Assembly (NCBI GenBank): GCA_963700755.1
Contig: CAVOYW010000005.1
Span: 732,026-796,025 of the forward strand
DNA: 64,000 nucleotides
From: an uncultured Acidimicrobiales bacterium
GTDB taxonomy: Bacteria; Actinomycetota; Acidimicrobiia; Acidimicrobiales; SZUA-35
Reading direction: 5' to 3'
A model generated the notes under the pieces. That model was not told the DNA's origin. It ran no database searches and saw only the letters and a list, made by a program, of their open reading frames with translations. Of the stretch, positions 59,955 to 64,000 are shown in pieces (the first letter of the stretch is position 1; every line of letters begins with the position of its first letter). Both the position numbers and the translations under genes were made by a program.

Positions 59955-61216
59955 AGACGACCGACGGGACTATTCGGCGGGCGAGTGCTGTGGGCGTATG
60001 CGGCGATGTCGCCGAGGAACGGGATCCAGTCGATGTTTCCGATGCCGGTGCCGTGGCGGACGATGACGATGTCGGCGCCGGGGTCGACGTAGATGAACTG
60101 CCCGTGGTCGCCGTTGGCGTAGTAGGAGTTGCGGGCTTCGTCGATCCACCACAGGTACTGGTATTCGCTTGCCGGGTCGGTGGTCGTGTCGACTCGGGTG
60201 GCGTCATGGACGAACGCAGCAGGAATGACCTGGTCGTCTCCGTTGCGCCCGTCGTTGAGGTAGAGCCAGCCGAACCGGGCGAAATCGATCGCTCGGGCGT
60301 TCAAGCCGACGAACATCTTCTCGAACCGATGGCGGTCGCTGTCGAGGCTCCACGAACCGTCGGCCTCTGCACCCATCGGCTGCCACAGCCGCGTTGCGGC
60401 GTAGTCGGTGACCTGCATCCCTGAGGCCCGTTCCAGGGCGAGGCCGAGCATGATCACGTTCCAGTCGTTGTAGTGGAAGATCTCGCCGGGTGGGCCCTCG
60501 ATCCTCGGTGTGTCGAGGACCGCCGATCGGAGATCGGTCCCGTGGTAGGTGTTGGCGGGATCGTCCCATGGCCCGCCTCCGTCGGCGAAGGAGAGCCCCG
60601 ATGACATCGTGAGTAGGTGCCTGAGCGTGATGTCGGTGTATCGCTCGTCGCGCTCGGCGAGTTCGGGCAGGTAGTCGGTCACCGGGTCGTCGAGGCTGGT
60701 GAAGATGCCCTCGTCGACGGCGATGCCGATCAGGGTCGCGGTGAACGACTTGGCAACCGAGAACGACGTCTGCAGCGCGTCGTGGCTCGAGCCGTTGAAG
60801 TACTCCTCGTAGAGCAGCTCGTCGCCGCGGAGCACGATGAACGCGGTCGTCTGGTTGTCGGCGAGTAGCTGTTCGAGGTCCTCACCGTCGCTGCTGCGGT
60901 ACTCGGCCAGGGGAGCGGCGCCAGCCGTTCCGAACACGAGCACGTCGTTGCCTGCTTCGATCGCTCGCGACGGGAACCGGTCCTGGTCGCCGAAGGCCGA
61001 CTCACCCCACACGAGAGAGCGGGCGAACTGCGAGGTGTCGGTCGAGTTGCGCGCCCAAACGTAGAGACCCGTCGTTGCGAGACCTGCGACAAGCAGCACG
61101 CCCGCTATCACCAGACCGATGAGCCGCAGCGCGGACGGTGCCACGAGTCGCCACAGCCACCAACCCAGCGCCACCGACACCAGGCTCACCAGGACTCCGA
61201 CCGTGAGCAACAGCAT
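59927..61216 (-). CDS. membrane-anchored serine hydrolase (beta-lactamase/PBP4* family)
   Basis: Two N-terminal TM helices, then the SxxK motif FSVAKSFTATLIGIAV, YHYND..., and the ...HGTG... triad region. Confidence 0.85.
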   Translation of the reverse strand: MLLLTVGVLVSLVSVALGWWLWRLVAPSALRLIGLVIAGVLLVAGLATTGLYVWARNSTDTSQFARSLVWGESAFGDQDRFPSRAIEAGNDVLVFGTAGAAPLAEYRSSDGEDLEQLLADNQTTAFIVLRGDELLYEEYFNGSSHDALQTSFSVAKSFTATLIGIAVDEGIFTSLDDPVTDYLPELAERDERYTDITLRHLLTMSSGLSFADGGGPWDDPANTYHGTDLRSAVLDTPRIEGPPGEIFHYNDWNVIMLGLALERASGMQVTDYAATRLWQPMGAEADGSWSLDSDRHRFEKMFVGLNARAIDFARFGWLYLNDGRNGDDQVIPAAFVHDATRVDTTTDPASEYQYLWWIDEARNSYYANGDHGQFIYVDPGADIVIVRHGTGIGNIDWIPFLGDIAAYAHSTRPPNSPVGRLYRVTARAN

Positions 61217-61316
61217 CAGGTCACCAACCGCGGTGCGTCGCTGGAATACCCGAAACGGTCGTCGGCGGCGATGCTGGCGTCGGGCGGCGGTAAGCGGGCC
61301 GATCTCGCCATCGCGC

Positions 61317-61970
61317 TCACGCCTGCGGGGCGCGTTCGCGCGAGGCCAGGATCGCTTCGCGGGTGTACCAGGCGGCCGCGGTGAGGAACATGGTGCGCTG
61401 CAGCAGCCCCCAGATGCTGGTCGACATGGTCAGCGAGACCGCTGAGGGGATGATGATGGCGGCGATGTCGGGCAGCGCAGCCCGGGTGGATGGCAGCCGG
61501 CGGGCGACCATGACGGCCACGACACCGACGATGAAGCCGAAGCCGATGATCCCGGCGAAGACACTGTGCAGGACGTCTTCGCTCTCGACGTAGACCGCCT
61601 CGGGCTCCCACGACTTGGCCGAGAACGCCGCGACCGCGAACATCGACACCGCGAACGCTCCGTGCAGACCCGTACCGACCAGCTTCCACGCATCGCGGCG
61701 GAGCCGAGCGAGCCACAGAACAGCGAGGCCGAAGAGGATGAACCCCGTTCGGGTCACCCACGCGCCGTCGACTCCTTGAGCAGCGGACTCGCTGATGCCG
61801 TGCTCGGTCCACGAGTACGAGGCGGGCATGGCGAAGGGCGTCACCAGCGCAACAAGCGCCACCGCGAGCAAGACGACAACGCCAAGAGACTGCGTGCTCG
61901 AAGTAGCCCCTTGGGGGCCGGATGGAGCAGGACTCTTGCGGCGGTGAAGATGCGGCGCGGTGATCGACAT
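61317..61970 (-). CDS. DUF998-like polytopic membrane protein
   Basis: 217 aa, 6 predicted TM. YSWTEHGISESAAQG and VHSVFAGIIGFGF resemble DUF998 family members. Confidence 0.6.
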   Translation of the reverse strand: MSITAPHLHRRKSPAPSGPQGATSSTQSLGVVVLLAVALVALVTPFAMPASYSWTEHGISESAAQGVDGAWVTRTGFILFGLAVLWLARLRRDAWKLVGTGLHGAFAVSMFAVAAFSAKSWEPEAVYVESEDVLHSVFAGIIGFGFIVGVVAVMVARRLPSTRAALPDIAAIIIPSAVSLTMSTSIWGLLQRTMFLTAAAWYTREAILASRERAPQA

Positions 61971-62244
61971 CGTTGGCTCCTCCAGAGCAGGGTGACACGG
62001 CCACAGCCGACGTCGGTAGGGGCCAATGTCCCGTCGTCAGGGCTTGGACGTCGCGGTGACCCCACGCGGCTGCATGGGACGTTGGCCCCTGGACTCTTGA
62101 CGTCACTCGGGACTGAATGAACAGATGGTGCAACACTCGGGTTCGCGTGTCGACGCAGGTGATGCCGCGTCGCGGGGTGCATCGAAAGGGCCGACGATCG
62201 ATCTCACCGGTCAAGCGCCGTCGCCTGGGCGACGAGGTGCGCCG

Positions 62245-63135
62245 GTGATCGAGGTCCGTGGCCTGGTCAAGCGCTACGGCGATCATGCCGCGGTCGGCGG
62301 GGTGGATCTCGATGTGTTCGCGGGCGAGATCTTCGCGCTGCTGGGTCCAAACGGCGCGGGCAAGACGACCACGCTGGAGATGCTGGAGGGCTACCGGCAC
62401 CGCGACGAGGGCTCGGTGTCAGTGCTGGGTGACGACCCCGAGCAGGCCACGTTGGCGTGGCGAGCGCGGATCGGGTTGGTCCTGCAGACCTCGCAGATGC
62501 CTGCAGAGCTCACCGTCGCCGAGCTCGTCGACCGCTACGCCGGCTACTACCCCCACCCCCGCGATGTCGACGAGACGATCGAACTGGTGGGGCTGAGCGA
62601 GAAGCGCGACGCCCGTGCCGGCCGCCTCTCGGGGGGCCAGCAACGGCGACTCGATGTCGCGTTGGCGCTGGTCGGTGACCCCGAGCTGGTGTTCCTCGAT
62701 GAGCCCACCACGGGATTCGATCCCGCAGCCCGGCGCGCTGCATGGTCGATGATCGACGACCTTCGGGGCCTCGGCAAGACGGTGATACTGACCACCCACT
62801 ACATGGAAGAGGCCGAGGCGTTGGCGGACCGGATCGCGATACTGGTCAACGGACAGATCGCAGCCCAGGGAACCCCATCGACAATCGGCGACCGAGAGAC
62901 CGCACCCGCCGAGATCCGCTTCGTCGCCCCGCCCGGATTCGACCTGAAGATCCTCTCTGCGGGTGAGATCCGCCGCGACGACCACCACTTGGTCATCACC
63001 ACCGCGGACGCGACCGTCACGGTCGGGGAGCTGGTGGACTGGGCCCGCCGGGAGCGTTGTGAGTTGGTGGGTCTCGAGATCCGGCGCCCCTCGCTGGAAG
63101 ACGTGTACCTCGAGCTGGCGGAGCCGTCGTCATGA
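62245..63135 (+). CDS. ABC transporter ATP-binding protein (DrrA/ABC-2 type)
   Basis: Start GTG 62245 (VIEVRGLVKRYG). GPNGAGKTT, LSGGQQRRL, VFLDEPTTGFD. The longer ORF start at 62125 is less likely. Confidence 0.88.
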   Translation: MIEVRGLVKRYGDHAAVGGVDLDVFAGEIFALLGPNGAGKTTTLEMLEGYRHRDEGSVSVLGDDPEQATLAWRARIGLVLQTSQMPAELTVAELVDRYAGYYPHPRDVDETIELVGLSEKRDARAGRLSGGQQRRLDVALALVGDPELVFLDEPTTGFDPAARRAAWSMIDDLRGLGKTVILTTHYMEEAEALADRIAILVNGQIAAQGTPSTIGDRETAPAEIRFVAPPGFDLKILSAGEIRRDDHHLVITTADATVTVGELVDWARRERCELVGLEIRRPSLEDVYLELAEPSS

Positions 63136-63917
63136 ACACGATCGCGTTGGTGGGCCGAGAAGCGGGCTATGCCCGCAAGGTGTTGCTGCGCGACCCCCAG
63201 AACCTGTTCTTCACCGCAGGGCTGCCGCTGCTGTACCTGTTCATCTTCGCCACGATCTTCGGCGACGAAACCGCCGAGATCGCCGGCCAACCCGGCGAGC
63301 TCGACGTCGCCACCTACATGACCGCTTCGGTGATCGTGATCGGCGTGGTGTCCGCCGCGTTCCAGAACCTGGTGGTGAACCTGGTCCAGGATCGGGAGAA
63401 CGGTGTGTTGAAGCGGCTCCGCAGCGCCCCGGTCCCAACACCGGTGTTCCTCGGCGGCCATATCGTCAATGCCCTGGTGGCCTCGGCGCTGCTCGCGGTC
63501 GGTGTCGCGGTCCTGGGGATCGCCGTGTACGGCGTGCCATTCCCAGATCAGCGCACTGGCGCTGCAGTGCTGACGGTGGTGCTGGGCTCCCTGGCCTGCG
63601 CAGCCGCTGCGTTCCCGTTCACTCGGCTGGTGCGCAAGGGCCCCGCAGCATCGCCGATGGCCGTCGCGGCCACGCTCACCTTGTTCTTCTTGTCTGGCAA
63701 CTTCTTCGCCGGCGCGGACATGCCCCGGGCCCTGAACCTCGTGGCAGACCTGTTCCCGGTGCGGCACTTCCTCATCGCCATGACGACCGCGTTCAACCCC
63801 AACGTGGACGGCGCCGGTTTCGAATGGGGTCATCTCGCCGTCCTGGCCGTGTGGGCCGTCGGCGGCGCGATCGCCGGCACGCAGCTCTTCCGCTGGACCC
63901 CAACCGGAGACCACTGA
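63132..63917 (+). CDS. ABC-2 type transporter permease
   Basis: ATGA overlap with the ATPase gene. 261 aa, 6 TM, typical ABC-2 layout. Confidence 0.8.
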   Translation: MNTIALVGREAGYARKVLLRDPQNLFFTAGLPLLYLFIFATIFGDETAEIAGQPGELDVATYMTASVIVIGVVSAAFQNLVVNLVQDRENGVLKRLRSAPVPTPVFLGGHIVNALVASALLAVGVAVLGIAVYGVPFPDQRTGAAVLTVVLGSLACAAAAFPFTRLVRKGPAASPMAVAATLTLFFLSGNFFAGADMPRALNLVADLFPVRHFLIAMTTAFNPNVDGAGFEWGHLAVLAVWAVGGAIAGTQLFRWTPTGDH

Positions 63918-64000
63918 CCACTGGGCCACGGACGACCCCAGAACGCAGAACGACGGGGGGCCGCCCATGCCAACAACCACAACGACTCCGACCCAGACCC

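Overview
64-kb segment of a high-GC (roughly 68-70%) Actinomycetota-type chromosome, mostly core housekeeping genes. Gene order left to right: (1) man cluster (pmm fragment, manA, Trm112-like, SIS isomerase), SDR, ahcY; (2) comF-hpf-secA and prfB-ftsE-ftsX; (3) azlCD, ferredoxin-P450 and a lipid/xenobiotic block (enoyl-CoA hydratase, acyl-CoA dehydrogenase, epoxide hydrolase, dienelactone hydrolase); (4) an uncharacterised membrane operon (GtrA-GT2 fusion, small exported protein, HTTM-domain protein, tail-anchored protein), divergent from an LPXTG surface protein with Thr/Pro-rich tandem repeats; (5) sufE, arsR-mmpL, an F420/LLM oxidoreductase, a kinase-like phosphotransferase, class I FBA and a PPi-type PFK; (6) a lower-GC patch of gene fragments plus an orphan lipoprotein, abutting tmRNA (ssrA); (7) a GGDEF protein, a TadE/G-like protein and smpB; (8) mec-cysO-cysM, murI-rph-rdgB, rtcB, tRNA-Leu, clpP, rpe, an RlmD-like methyltransferase, dedA and glcDEF; (9) dsbA, a tRNA 3' fragment followed by phased 10-bp repeats, then a small accessory block (quinone oxidoreductase, serine hydrolase, DUF998-like protein, ABC-2 exporter). 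Two blocks (about 8.66-13.3 kb and 48.0-50.8 kb) are saturated with frameshifts in genes that should be essential. I read this as indel error rather than biology, and it needs checking. No CRISPR array, rRNA or intact mobile element was seen. All calls come from reading the ORF translations and the DNA by eye, with no searches run. Frameshift positions are approximate.
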